DNA of 64,000 nucleotides from Octopus vulgaris (Eukaryota), in assembly GCA_951406725.2 (NCBI GenBank), contig OX597815.1, positions 53,754,001 to 53,818,000 on the forward strand, written 5' to 3'. Below the pieces are notes generated by a model. It was not told the DNA's origin, ran no database searches, and was given only the letters and a program-made list of their open reading frames with translations. Position numbers and translations under genes: made by a program. Positions 14,195 through 26,252 of this stretch are shown in pieces (position 1 is the first letter of the stretch; each line of letters begins with the position of its first letter).

Positions 14195-15317
14195 CCAGGT
14201 CATCCCATAAGTTCTGTCCGATTTTACCTTTTTTAAAATTGAATGAAATTTAATTGTATTTTAGAATGTCTAATGGAATTAAAAATTATTTTTATGAATT
14301 TGTGTACAAGTAAGCTAATTAAATATTATTTTACTGAATAATAGAATTAAAATTTCTTTGATTAAAACCCTTTCTAAAATGAAAGTATCCAAAGAGCATT
14401 TAAGGCACCTAATGCTTTATGAATACAAAAAAATGGAAACTCTGCAGCCGAAGCGACTCGAAACGTACCCTCAGTTTATGGGAAAGAATGCTTGAGTGAA
14501 AGAACTTGCAGAAGATGGCTTGCAAAATTCAGAAGTGGAGATTTCAGCCTTGAAGATGAAGATCGAACAGGACGTCCAGTTGAGTTTGATGATAAGCTCT
14601 TTGAGGCATTGCTTGAAGAAAATCCTGCATTATCAGTTGAAGAATTGGCAATAAAGCTTAGATCAAATCATACAACTGTTCATCGTCATCTTCAACAATT
14701 TGGAAAGGTTCCTAAACTTGGAAAATTGGTGCCTCATGAATTGTTCGAAAGCAACCGCAAATCCCGAGTTGACATCTGCTCTTCTCTCCATTCTCGTGAA
14801 CTCATTTCACCCTTTTTGGATAGACTTGTGACTGGTGACGAAAAATGGATCTTCTATCGAAATGTTAAACGTCGTAAACAGTGGCTTGGTAAAAGTGACA
14901 AAGCTCAACCACAACCGAGAAGGGAACTTCATGGGAAAAAGGTTATTCTCTCTATCTGGGGGGATTGCAAAGGAGTAATTCACTTTGAATTGTTACCACC
15001 TAATGCAACAATCAATGCTCAAGTCAGCAATTAGAGTGTTTGAACCAAGCTTTGGAGTGATGTTTCATCAGGACAATGCGCGACCCCACACTGCAAAGAT
15101 CACATCACAGAACATCGAAGAGCTTGGTAGGGAAAAAATTCCTCATTCACATTATTCTTCCGACCTTGCTCCTTCAGGCGACCATTTGTTTCGTAGTTTA
15201 CAGAATCCTTTGGGGGACATAACTTTCGCTAGCCGGGAGGAGATCGAAACTGACATTTAAATATAACATTTGATCACTTGTTTTCTTTATTCGGATTGAA
15301 CTTATTGGACGACCTGA
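14195..15317 (+). mobile_element. Mariner transposon with both TIRs and TA target duplication
   Basis: ta|ccaggtcatcccataagttctgtccga ... tcggattgaacttattggacgacctga|ta. Confidence 0.93.
14379..15260 (+). pseudogene. Mariner transposase, frameshifted
   Basis: MKVSKEHLRHLMLYEY, then LVPHEL, VTGDEKW, HQDNARPH and YSSDLAPSGDHLF; at least two frameshifts and deletions. Confidence 0.93.
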
Positions 15318-15644
15318 TAAATATTATCAAAACTACTATTATTGATGTAAGTTTTGGTTCCGATTCCTACTTCCATTGTAAGTTATTTCGCTTTATTGAA
15401 GTCACTAATTGCAGAGAGAATCTTAAACAGATGTAGACAATTTCTCGATCATTCTGACTTTATGACAGAATGACCATCTAAATATTATCAGCACCCATCC
15501 CAGTACTTGACTAACTTACGTTGAAATAAGTACAAGTGACACGTTAGATGAATTGATTTGAAAGAAACCAATGTTAACAAAATATTGTTTAACCAGTTGG
15601 GAATAAGAAAAAGAAATCATAGAATAAACTGATCAAGGGGGAAG

Positions 15645-16078
15645 GTGAGGCAGTGTGGTTAGAAGTTTGCTTTCTAACCACATGGTTTAAAGTTCAGTGC
15701 GTGGCACCTTGTCCCCCTATCATATTTTTTATTGATTCCGTAATTAACAAGCATCTGTTAATTCTAGCATTTCTATTGTAATCATTATAGTGTTGTGAGC
15801 AATGTTAGCATACAATTGTTAATACTGTCTCTTAGCTTCGGGCCGACCTAAGCCTTGTGACGGAAACTGAAAGAAGCCCGTCGTATGTGTGTGTGTGTGT
15901 GCGCGCGTGCATGTATGAGCGTGCATCTGTCTTTGTGTCTGCTTCTCTTCTCAAACGTCACTTGACAACAGATGTTGGTGTGTTTACGAAAAGTACTAGG
16001 GTTGATTCATTCGACTAAACATTCTTCAAGGTGTTGCCCCAGTATGACCGCAGTCTAACAAATAAAGGGTAAAAGATG
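15645..16078 (+). mobile_element. SINE family A interrupted by a foreign insert of about 110 bp (15722-15832)
   Basis: Head at 15645-15710; body resumes at tagcttcgggccgacc (15833). Confidence 0.85.
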
Positions 16079-16937
16079 AAAATATGTTGTTTGTTAGGAT
16101 TTTTGTCGAAATCGGTATTAAAATGATTACGTCCATGTGATGCTTACTGACGACATGCAATTATAAACCTCACAGTATTTGATTCCATAAATGCCATCCA
16201 TATAAAAAAGTTTACATTCAACTAATAATGTTCAACGAATCCTTGTATTAACTTTACCCACTAGTCTCCACCCGATGATTTGAGAAAGTACATGGTAGAA
16301 ATTCAAATCCAACTAGGGCAAATACAATAGGATTAGCCTCGTGAATATTGTGGCTACATTTAACAAAATCAAATAGTTCCATCATTTTCCACCCTTAAAT
16401 TCAGTTGTGCCAAGAATTTCAAAGAAATAACTCAATCATTCATAAACACCCAACATATATTTTGATTACCCGAAATGAAAATATTCTCAAAATGGAGATT
16501 CACTCAAATGTCAAAACTTCCCAATTTACTTACTAGTAAAAACATACATGAAGAAGTTACTGATTGCTTTCACAAATTTTCCAATACCTATGAATACATA
16601 GCCTATTGATTTTCACATGTTAATAGAGAAAGAAAAAGAAAGAAGAAAAGCACTTGAGCCAACCAACAATTAACACCCTAAAGTTAGCCAATAATTTACA
16701 CAGAAATTATGCGGAATGATTAACTCCTTTGACTTCCAAAATTTTACTAACTCAACCCAACAAAGATACTTTGAATCTGAACCCATCCATAGTTCAGCTG
16801 AACAAAGAATATGTATCCTGTGATCTTAATCTTCTCTTTAATTCTTTCTGTCACAGATATTTCACAGTTAATTGTTTACAAACAGTCAATAGTGCATCTT
16901 CTTCAAACGCACGAAAGTAAAACATTAACTAAATACG

Positions 16938-16986
<49 letters not shown>

Positions 16987-17031
16987 GACGTATATGTGTG
17001 TGTGTGTGTTTTAGTTAGCTAGCTAGCTAGC

Positions 17032-17123
<92 letters not shown>

Positions 17124-17498
17124 TGCGGGACATAGACTCATAAAAACTGAATCATGTTTTTACTCTTTAAAATTCAGATCAGGTTTGCGAAAGAGACATT
17201 TACACTGTTTACTTCTTGAGAAATTTCAAACAAACATATTTTAGTCTTGTTTAATGTTTACGTAGTACACTTGGTGCTACTCGTCACTCCCTAGACATTC
17301 ATTTTGGTTTCATGGGGAGAATTATAAAATGCTGAAAATAAAAAGTTACTAGTGTGAAAAGGATGTCTCTAATTGAAATTTCAAGTTCTCTAATTTCTTC
17401 TTAGTCATTTACCTTACATTCACGACACCAGCGAATAAAGGAATCACTACGTGACTTCCTAACCTGTCAGAAATAGCGACTTAATCTTCAGACAACAT

Positions 17499-18405
17499 CA
17501 GTGGTTCTCAACTGCTTTTTATCTATGGACCCCTTTGATTACTATTCTATTCTGGTGGACTCACACAGCCATTCAATGTTTAAAAACTAGTTTATAGATA
17601 CTTCTTTCAAAATTCCTATTTTGCCTTTCATACATTAACCTGTGTAAGCTGAACTATGTAAACTATCCGAGACAGAAACGAAGCTGTTTCTTGCAATAAA
17701 ATTGGGCTGTCCGGAAAGTTCGTGCCGATTTTTAAAAGAAAGAAAAAGGTCAATAAGTACTTGCCATTACCCAATCTTTACCAGGTGCACATGAACGACG
17801 GATTTTCATAGGTTGAGGCTTTCTGCCAATTCTCGGGTTGTGCAATGTGGGTTATTCTCAATTAATGACTTGATTTGGTCATCATCTGTAGTGGATGGTC
17901 TGCCTAATCTTCTCTTTATCAATAAGGCTACAATCTCAGCTCGGAACTTTGCGATCCACTTCCGTAAAGTTCTTTCGGATAAAGAAACATCACCGTAAAC
18001 TGCGCATATTTCTTTGGTTGCTTGTGAGGCATTTTTCCCTTCACGGAACAAGAAAAGCATTAAGTGCCAAAAAGGAACTTTCTTATCTTCCATTTTAAAG
18101 GGTTACAGAATTAACATAGGTTATAGGAACATAAACCTTCTTCCACGAAAAGATAGCTTAAAATGTGCTCTAAATGTGGGTGAAGTCAAATCCTATTTTA
18201 TGGGCTCAGCCATGTTCTAAAATAAGTCGAAAGGTAAGCTACAGTAAATCGGCACGAACTTGTCGGACAACCTAATACATCCAGAGTAACATTTCTTCAA
18301 GGACACTTTATATACTTCTGTGTGTTCTGTGTGTACCCAATTTATTATTTTGCTTACATGGACTCTCTCTCAATTTCTTATATGGACCCCGGTTGAGAAC
18401 CACTT
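17499..18405. mobile_element. Non-autonomous hAT (Buster/Charlie-type) element hosting a mariner
   Basis: TIRs cagtggttctcaa / ttgagaaccact; decayed 8-bp TSD gacaacat / gattacac. Confidence 0.8.
17702..18275 (-). mobile_element. Internally deleted mariner retaining the N-terminal HTH region (ORF 17806-18093)
   Basis: TIRs ttgggctgtccggaaagttcgtgccgattt / aaatcggcacgaacttgtcggacaacctaa; MEDKKVPFWHLMLFLFREGKNASQATKEICAVYG...GRPS...TTRELAESL. Confidence 0.92.
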
Positions 18406-20912
18406 GATTACACTATGTTTTTAAAATAATACATTAAATGATATAGCTCTAGATACAATGTCTGAGTAAAATGGGTTATTTATTACCGAAATGCGTATCT
18501 GTTCTCAAACTATTTGTTTATTCGAGGGGAAAGGTGTTTTTTTATGTAATTTTAAGGCTGCATTTATTATGTTATATATAAAATGAATGGTTTTGCACAT
18601 AAGAAATGACATTTTTATTTCTAGTTTTAGGCTATTCTTTACTTTTATCCTTTTACCACATGCAATTGCCTTTTTTCTTCTTCCTCACCTCTCTCTCTTT
18701 CTCTTCCCTCTTTCTGCATTTACGTGCGTGAATGCGTTAATTATATACCTATAACTGTGTACGTTGATTCGTATTTCTTAACATTCGTTGTCCGTCCACA
18801 CAGGTATCTGCTCATGTGTGTGTATGTGTGCGCATGCGTGCCAGCGCGCGCGCATGAGTATATTTTAAAAGTTTTATCAGGATCTTTATTATCTATATTT
18901 TAACATAACGGATCTTATCAAGTTCTTGTCTTATTATTTCATTGTCACACAATTAGTGAGGTAACACTTACACTAGTGATGACAAGAATTAAACAATTAA
19001 TAGCGACACATCTACAATAATAACAAGACGAATATAAACAACAAAGACAACAAATAATGACTATGAAATAACCTAAGAAAGCAGAAAATTTGATTTTGAT
19101 AAAGGAGTAGCTTTAAATCACATCAGACCAAAGAAATGGAAACCAGACAAAGAACCTAAATCGTACAAAATTTAAAACGAAATGAAACGAAATAAAACCA
19201 ACCCAATCCGTACTACACAAACTAGGCAAAGATTAAACTAAACCAAACAAATCGAATGGAAGCCAAACTAAACCAAATCAAACCTTAACTAAACTAAATC
19301 AAGTCATTCTAATCAGAAATATAAAAACGCAAAACTACGAAGCCAAATACAAGGAAATAACCCAACAATATTATTCCAATAGATTCCGATATCGTATGCT
19401 ATTGTGTCTCTTATTAAAAGTAACTCTCTCTCTCTCCCTCACCCTCCCTCTCTCTCTTTCTCTCTGTCAGAATTTTATTGCTATTAATATATAACACATC
19501 TTTCTTTTTCATTTCCTTCGTCCTTTATATTATCTTTCTTATTTTCCTTTCTTTTTTCCCCCAATTTACCTTATTTCTGCTTTTCTTTCTACTTTTTTCA
19601 TTTACCTTTTTTCCTGTCTTTTTTCTTTCTTTTGTGCATTTCTTTGTTTTATTTCGTCTCTTCTTTCTTTGTATTTGTTTTTTTTTTCTCCGTTCTTTTT
19701 TCTCTTCCAACTTCTCTTCGTTACCCTCTCTTTTCCACCTTTTATTCCAAACTAAACATTTTATTTTTTTCTCTTCTTAAGTCTTGTTTCTATATCTTGC
19801 CTCTTTTTCTGCTATCTCTCTTCTTTTTTTTATTTCCTTTTTTTCCATAACATTTGTTTTGTGTCACATTATCCGAATCTGTCAATATTTTTATTTACTA
19901 ATATTCAGTATCATATTCATTTGTTTATCATTCAGATTTTAAGATGCAGCGAGGAAGATTGGAAGAAACTAGTGGATGGCAGCTATATCAATATGGCACC
20001 TTTAGACAAGAAAACTAAGTATGATGGGAATGATAGACACGAGACGGCATTTGAAGATAAGATGGCCGCAATGTGACAAAATGGCATTCACTGATGAAAC
20101 AATATGGATATCGTAGATAAAAGAACAAACGCTGGGAGGATAGAGTTAAAAGGGAGATGTAGATATCTGAGTCAATAATTTTTGGAGGAACAGCGGAGAT
20201 GTAAGGAATAGCAATGTTGCTGGTTCGTTTCCTGTTGCTACTCCTATAATCAGTCAAGACACTTGGTCAAAACACTCAGTAGCTTATTGTACTACTTTTA
20301 GTAAAATGATGCTGTTGTTATTATTGTTGCTTATCTCTGAGTCAGCACTGATACAATAAACTTATGAACATACACGTACCAGTGCGTCGTGCCCGTTTTC
20401 TTTCATGTGTATTGTATTTAGGATAGCATAATCCAATGTTTTCTTCTAATTATAAAACGGTAGGCTATGTGCTATTCGAGATACTTGAAAGCAATCTCTT
20501 ACTGGTTAAGCGAGCGCTTGTCAATATATCTTCGTTGTCTCATTGTTAGTAAGTATCAGAAGTTGGAGTGAATTTTACTACTGTAAGCTGCATTTGGTTT
20601 ATTAAAGTAATCAGCATCCCCGGGGAAAGTCACATTTGGTAGCCTAGTTTCATATCAGGAAAATTTGTTTCGCATCCACTTTAACGCCACAGAAGTTCAA
20701 AAGGTCCCTTGTGCAAGTCAAAAGCAATCAAAGCCGTCACCACGTCAGTCTTTTTTTACGTATTTTGCATCTGAAGCATATTTTAAAAATTCTATTCCTT
20801 ATCAACTTTGAGAGAGAGATTTTATAGAAATTTTATTGCTATTTCTGTATCAGATAGAACAACCACGTAGAAGGTTTCTGGACTGTACATAAAACTAGTG
20901 AAAAGAAATATT

Positions 20913-21310
20913 CTTTTCTACTTTAGGCACAAGGCTCAAAATTTTGGGGGAGGGAGCCAGTCGATTAGATCGTTCCCAGGACGCAACTGGTACTTAATTT
21001 ATTCGACCCCGAAAGGATGAAAGGCAAAGTCAACCTCGGCGGAATTTGAATTCAGAACGTAGCGGCAGACGAAATACCTATTTCTTTATTGCCCACAAGG
21101 GGCTAAACACAGAGAGGATAAACAAGGACAGACAAACGGATTAAGTCGATTATATCGATCCCAGTGCGTAACTGGTACTTATTTAATCGACCCCGAAAGG
21201 ATGAAAGGCAAAGTCGACCTCGGCGGAATTTGAACTCAGAACTTTACGGCAGACGAAGTCCGGCTACGCATTTCGCCCGGCGTGCTAGCGATTCTCTCAG
21301 CTCGCCGCCT
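20913..21310 (-). mobile_element. SINE family B dimer with 17-bp TSD
   Basis: TSD tagtgaaaagaaatatt (20896-20912) / tagtgaaaaggaatatt (21311-21327). Confidence 0.92.
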
Positions 21311-22269
21311 TAGTGAAAAGGAATATTAAAAAATATTTTTACTTTTAGTTCTGAAAAATTATCCACTCAATTTAATAAAACCTGCTATTCAACATACTGA
21401 AGATATCTCCCTCAGAAATGGTTGGATGATTCGAAATGTTATTGGTTCTGACGTCTTAGTGTATGTCCGATACCGTACAGGAAAATTTTAGTAAGAATGC
21501 ATAAACCAGGCAGTTTAGTAAAGTGATGGTAATGTTAAAGAGTTGATTTCACACATTAAATAGAGAGGAGTATGAAGAGCACAACATATCCAGAGAACTT
21601 AAGAAAGTGTATGACTCCATACGCAAAGAATCCTTTAAGTTGCTCGAGGATATTCCACATGATAACGATGGGTCTTCTATTTTGACAGATGGCTCCTAGC
21701 CAATCTGTTAAAAACAGAAGACAGTGCGGATAATTTTGCTATGTGCTTCCATTTACGTCGGCACATATTTATTCTTTTTTCAATCATAAATGTAGGTTGA
21801 TTACCTTTTTTGAAATGGAAAAACGCACAGAAATCTAGCATATCTTTGATGCTATTAATTCTGGTTTTAAATGAGTCGCTATATTTATCCAATGAAAGTA
21901 CAACGACGCCGTTAGCAAGTAGATCTGCGGTTTTGAGTACAAAGCAAGTGTATTGTACTCCTGTTTGGTATCATAGAATGTTATCCTTCCTTACCGAAAT
22001 TTCTCCTTCTGAGAGCCTTGGGAGTCAGGACGCTGTTCATCAGGATAAGCAACGAATAATAGTGGATGCCTACAGACTCACTCTTATATCATAATATCTC
22101 CTGCTGTGTTATAAGGATGGTGAGCTGGCTTTAAACCTTATGACGGGGAAGTATTACACCTACAGAAACGAATTTCCGAATTTTTGACATACCCAATTAA
22201 ATGAAATAACTGTAACTAACATCTTTTCACCCGAAGTATAACTTATTTGCTTTATAGTGATATATACTT

Positions 22270-22695
22270 TCTTTACTCCCTTTACTCTTTTACATGTGTC
22301 AGTCATTTTACTGTAGCCATGCTGGACAACCGCACTTTAGTCGAGTAAATCGAGCCCAGGACTTATTCTTTGCAAGCCAAGTACTTATTCTATCGGTATT
22401 TTTTGCCGAACCGCTAAGTTACGGGGACGTAAACACACCAGCATCGGTTGTCAAGCGATGTTGGGGGGACAAACACAAACACACACACATACATACATGT
22501 ATATACATACATACATGTATATATATATATACATGTATATACGACGGGCTTCTTTCCGTTTCTGTCTACCAAATCCACTCACAAATGTTTGGTCGGCCCG
22601 AAGCTATAGTAGAAGACACTTGCCCAAGGTTCCACGCAGTGGAAATGAATGTGGTTGGTAAGCAAGCTACTTACCACACAGCCACTTCCTGCGCC
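22270..22695 (-). mobile_element. SINE family A, near full-length
   Basis: Reverse complement from head (ttaccacacagccacttcctgcgcc) through tail. Confidence 0.92.
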
Positions 22696-23989
22696 AAGTG
22701 AACCTTTTTATTGAGTTTTTAAACAAAATATAGCTGTTTTCTAAATCAAGGGACCATTATACTATTGTTTTTGTAATAAATAATCGTTGTTCGAAAAATC
22801 ACATGAAATTAATTTAATAACGGAAGAAAGTTAGATGTTTTCCTTTCGAAATTTAGTGCGAAAATCTTGAAAAATTCTAATTAATCTCATAAAGAGATAT
22901 ATAAATCTATCAAAGAAATGACGTGTCAAAGTTGGCAGTTGCACGCAAAATGAAGCCTAATAAAAAATATATAATAAAACACAAAATTCAAAGTATTTCT
23001 TCCTCAATTTTCTGTTGATTTCAGTTCAGCATTACACGCTATCACCATCTTTGCTACTTGTCCGGTTGTGTTTTGTTACTGAATTTTTACTCTACTCTTT
23101 ATAATACACTCACTTTCATTGTGGCATTCAATGTCAGCCGTGTAAATGGTTTTGTCGATTATATGATGCGGCCTTTAACAGTTTGGACATGTGATAAGTT
23201 AGATTCGATGCGTGATAGCATCAAATGCCAGAGAGTAAGACACACGAAAATGTCAATGTAAATACATTCTTACATTGCTACAATTACTGGAAGAGAAAAA
23301 CAATGACAGTGATTGGATCAAATCTTATAACCTTGACAATTTTCTGTCTCGAAAACATGCAATCTCAGAATAAATCACATCAAGGGACAAAATTTCGTCT
23401 AATTTCCAATAGTTTTAAATAAGTTTTGTTAGTTCATACGACTTTCTCGCACTTCTTACTTATATTCTAACAAAACAACATGTATATGTATATATCTATC
23501 ACTGACATGCCTCAATAATTGAAATTTACTGTGTTGTTATTATAATAATCAAGAAAACTATACATAACAGTACAGACCAATATCTATATTAAAATACACA
23601 CATAGCTAAATAATACATAATTGCATACAATTCTTTATTTTTTATCCACACCTAAAGTGGACAAGGAAATTCAGTTGCTTGTTATTTCAGTGATGGATTT
23701 TATCCACGAACGGGTTGTTAGTGACATTGAATTCTTGCAGGAAAAGTAATTGTCGTTTGCTATTTCTTTTATCGACTTCCCAAAGTTAAAAAGCTATGTC
23801 CATCCCGGTTCAGTTTGAATTCAGAATCTGAGCATAACTAATTATCGCAAGCATTTAAACTGAAGCTACCTATCAACAGTCCTGTGCACATATATACACT
23901 ACAATATATGTATGTGCGTGTGTGTGTGTGTGATGTGTGTATGCTGTATGCGCACAGACACACCACATATATATGTATATGTGTGTGTA

Positions 23990-24034
<45 letters not shown>

Positions 24035-24036
<2 letters not shown>

Positions 24037-25300
24037 TAGTGTTGTATTAATATACGGTTGTAGTAGGGTTGGAAGATTAGATTGGGAAAAAGAATATATG
24101 AGAGTTATGGGGAGATAAGAACGGGGTGGGGTTGTAATTATTTGCATTTTGAGAATAGATTTAGTGCTCGATATTTGCAGGTGAATGTTATACTGCTGCG
24201 TTCATTAAGACAGACCATAGATTGCAAAGTAGCCATGACCTCGGCTATGCAGAGATCACACTTATTATTATACCCGCTGTAAGGTTTGCCGTGGGTAATA
24301 ATAGACCATTCGAGAGTGTAAGGGATTGAATTAATCGTTAGTTTACTGATAAGTTGAAATAACGATGTGCTGTTAGAATTTGTTGAGGATTTGAAGCTAG
24401 AGTAGTGATTGCTCACTTTAGCTTTGAACGTTGTGCTACATGAGCCGATGTAAAATATAGTTGTAGTAGTTAATTGATACTGTGGCCTTATAAACTATGC
24501 TTTTAGTGCGACAGCGGTTATTCAAAGAACAGGAGGTTGCGCATCTACAGTTGCATAGGTTTGTAAGAGGTTTTCCAGATGAGCTTGTGAGGGGATTGTT
24601 ATTTAGAGAGGGATCGGTGTTTGGTTGGTTATTATAGTTGGTGCTAGGGTTATGATATGTTAAGGAGTTGAGGGCGGTGTTTTTCGGTTGTATGGTATGA
24701 TAATTATTGTGTCCAGTGGTATCCTCTGTGGTATTCTCTATTATGACAGGAGGTATATTTGGGGATTGTGATAAATTTAAGGGTCGGGTGTAAGCAATGG
24801 CACTATAGTTGTAGTTGTGAGGGTTTGTTTTGTTATGGGGGTCAGTTGGTTTATTGGGTTTATATGTATGAAGTTGGAGGTTATGCTGAATTAATTTACT
24901 AAGGTTGGAGTTAGCTGTTGATGAATTTCGGTGTTTCTTGTTGTTAAGATGTCGGATAACTCTAGCAATATCGGTGGTGATGGTGGAGCAGGACAATTTT
25001 ATAGATTGGATGAGGTCGGGGCTAAATATTTTCCTAAAGGGGTTAGATTTAGGGAGGTGTTTTTCGAGTACGGTGAAGAAGAGTTTGGATACTAGAGTCT
25101 GGTTAAGGGCGAAGTGGGGGTGGAACAATATGACGTCTCAGATACTATTTCGTTTTATCCGATTAGGGGCGGGGTTATCTGGATGGAAATAGGGTTTGGA
25201 GTGCGTATCTTGGTGTCTGTTTTGATGGGTTGTGGTGTATATTGGATTAGGGGGTTATCTGGTGGCGAAGGGGGTGGTTGTTAAGTCGTTATGTATATAT
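24035..25300 (-). mobile_element. 5'-truncated Penelope-like retroelement (RT C-terminal region, Cys linker, GIY-YIG endonuclease)
   Basis: LEKHLPKSNPFRKIF...IKLSCS; CNCRCATSCSLNNRC; IVYKATV...YIGSCSTTFK...NHYSSF...LEWSII...KPYSGYNNKCDLCIAE...LNERS...CKY. Confidence 0.88.
24138..25128 (-). pseudogene. Penelope-like ORF C-terminus with a frameshift inside the GIY-YIG motif
   Basis: ORFs 24436-25128 and 24138-24416 are joined by a frameshift between IVYKATV and YIG. Confidence 0.85.
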
Positions 25301-25304
25301 ATAT

Positions 25305-25733
25305 TAGGCGCAGAGTGGCTGTGCAGTAAGAGGCTTGCTTCTCAACCATATGGTTCCAGGTTCAGTCCGACTGTGTGGCACCTTGGGCAAGTGTCTTCGA
25401 GTGTAGCCTCGGGCCGACCAAAGCCAGTGGATTTGGTAGACGGAAACTGAAAGAAGCCCGTCGTATTTATATATATGTGTGTATGCATGAGTTATGTGCG
25501 TGTACGCGCGCACGCATGAATGTGTGTGTTTGGGTGTGTCTGTGTTTTGCCCCCCCCCCCCCCCATCGCTTGACAGCTGATATTGGTGTGCTTACGCCTC
25601 TGTAACTTATCAGTTCGGCAAAAGAGACTGGTAGAATAATAGGCTTACAAAGAATAATTCCTGGTGTCGATTTGTTCGACTAAGGGTGGTGCTCCAGCAT
25701 GGCCACAGTCACATGGCTGAAACCAGTAAAATA
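25305..25733 (+). mobile_element. SINE family A, full-length, at the Penelope inversion junction
   Basis: ggcgcagagtggctgtgcagtaag...ccagcatggccacagtcacatggctgaaacc. Confidence 0.92.
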
Positions 25734-25946
25734 ATAAGGCCACAGTATCAATTAACTACTGCAACTACATTTTACATCGGCTCATGTAGCACAACGTTCA
25801 AAGCTAAAGTGAGCAATCACTACTCTAGCTTCAAATCCCCAACAAATTCTAACAGCACATCGTTATCTCAACTTATCAGTAAACTCAACCCCTTACACTC
25901 TCGAATGGTCCATTACTACCCACGCCAAACCTTACAGCGGATAAAA
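25733..25946 (+). mobile_element. Inverted duplicate of the Penelope GIY-YIG segment
   Basis: ataaggccacagtatcaattaactac...aaaccttacagcgg is the reverse complement of about 24270-24492. Confidence 0.9.
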
Positions 25947-25956
25947 TAATAAAATA

Positions 25957-25987
<31 letters not shown>

Positions 25988-26163
25988 TATATTTCTGTTA
26001 ATTTCTTTCCTTCTCCTTCTCTTCCTCTAATTTACCTTTGACGTTAAATCTGTTAACGGCTTTTAAAAAATATTATTTGTTAGCGTCCTTCTTACATTAA
26101 ACATTTGCGTACGTGGTAATCATGTTCGGTTAAAATGGCTTATTGAGGTATTTTGTTTCTTTT

Positions 26164-26252
26164 CTTCCCTGATGAGATGAATGCATTGTTTTACACCATT
26201 TTTATTCCCTCCGGAATAATCTCAATGCATTTTTCGAAACATATGTTGGAAG
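26164..26252 (+). ncRNA. Type I hammerhead ribozyme with intact core, in a pLTR-like segment
   Basis: cttcc CTGATGA gatgaatgcattg...caatgcatttttc GAAAC atat GTT ggaag: 5-bp stem I, about 12-bp stem II closed by G-C, palindromic stem III ACATATGT. Confidence 0.8.

Noticed and set aside
19936-20076. Possible terminal exon after a long polypyrimidine tract and ttcag
   Set aside because: 46 codons with no recognisable homology; cannot be supported from sequence alone.
20091-20130. Isolated CTGANGA strings (20091 +, 16147 +, 21397 +, 13254 -, 51334 -, 60537 +)
   Set aside because: No compatible stems I-III with GAAA and NUH; not counted as hammerheads.
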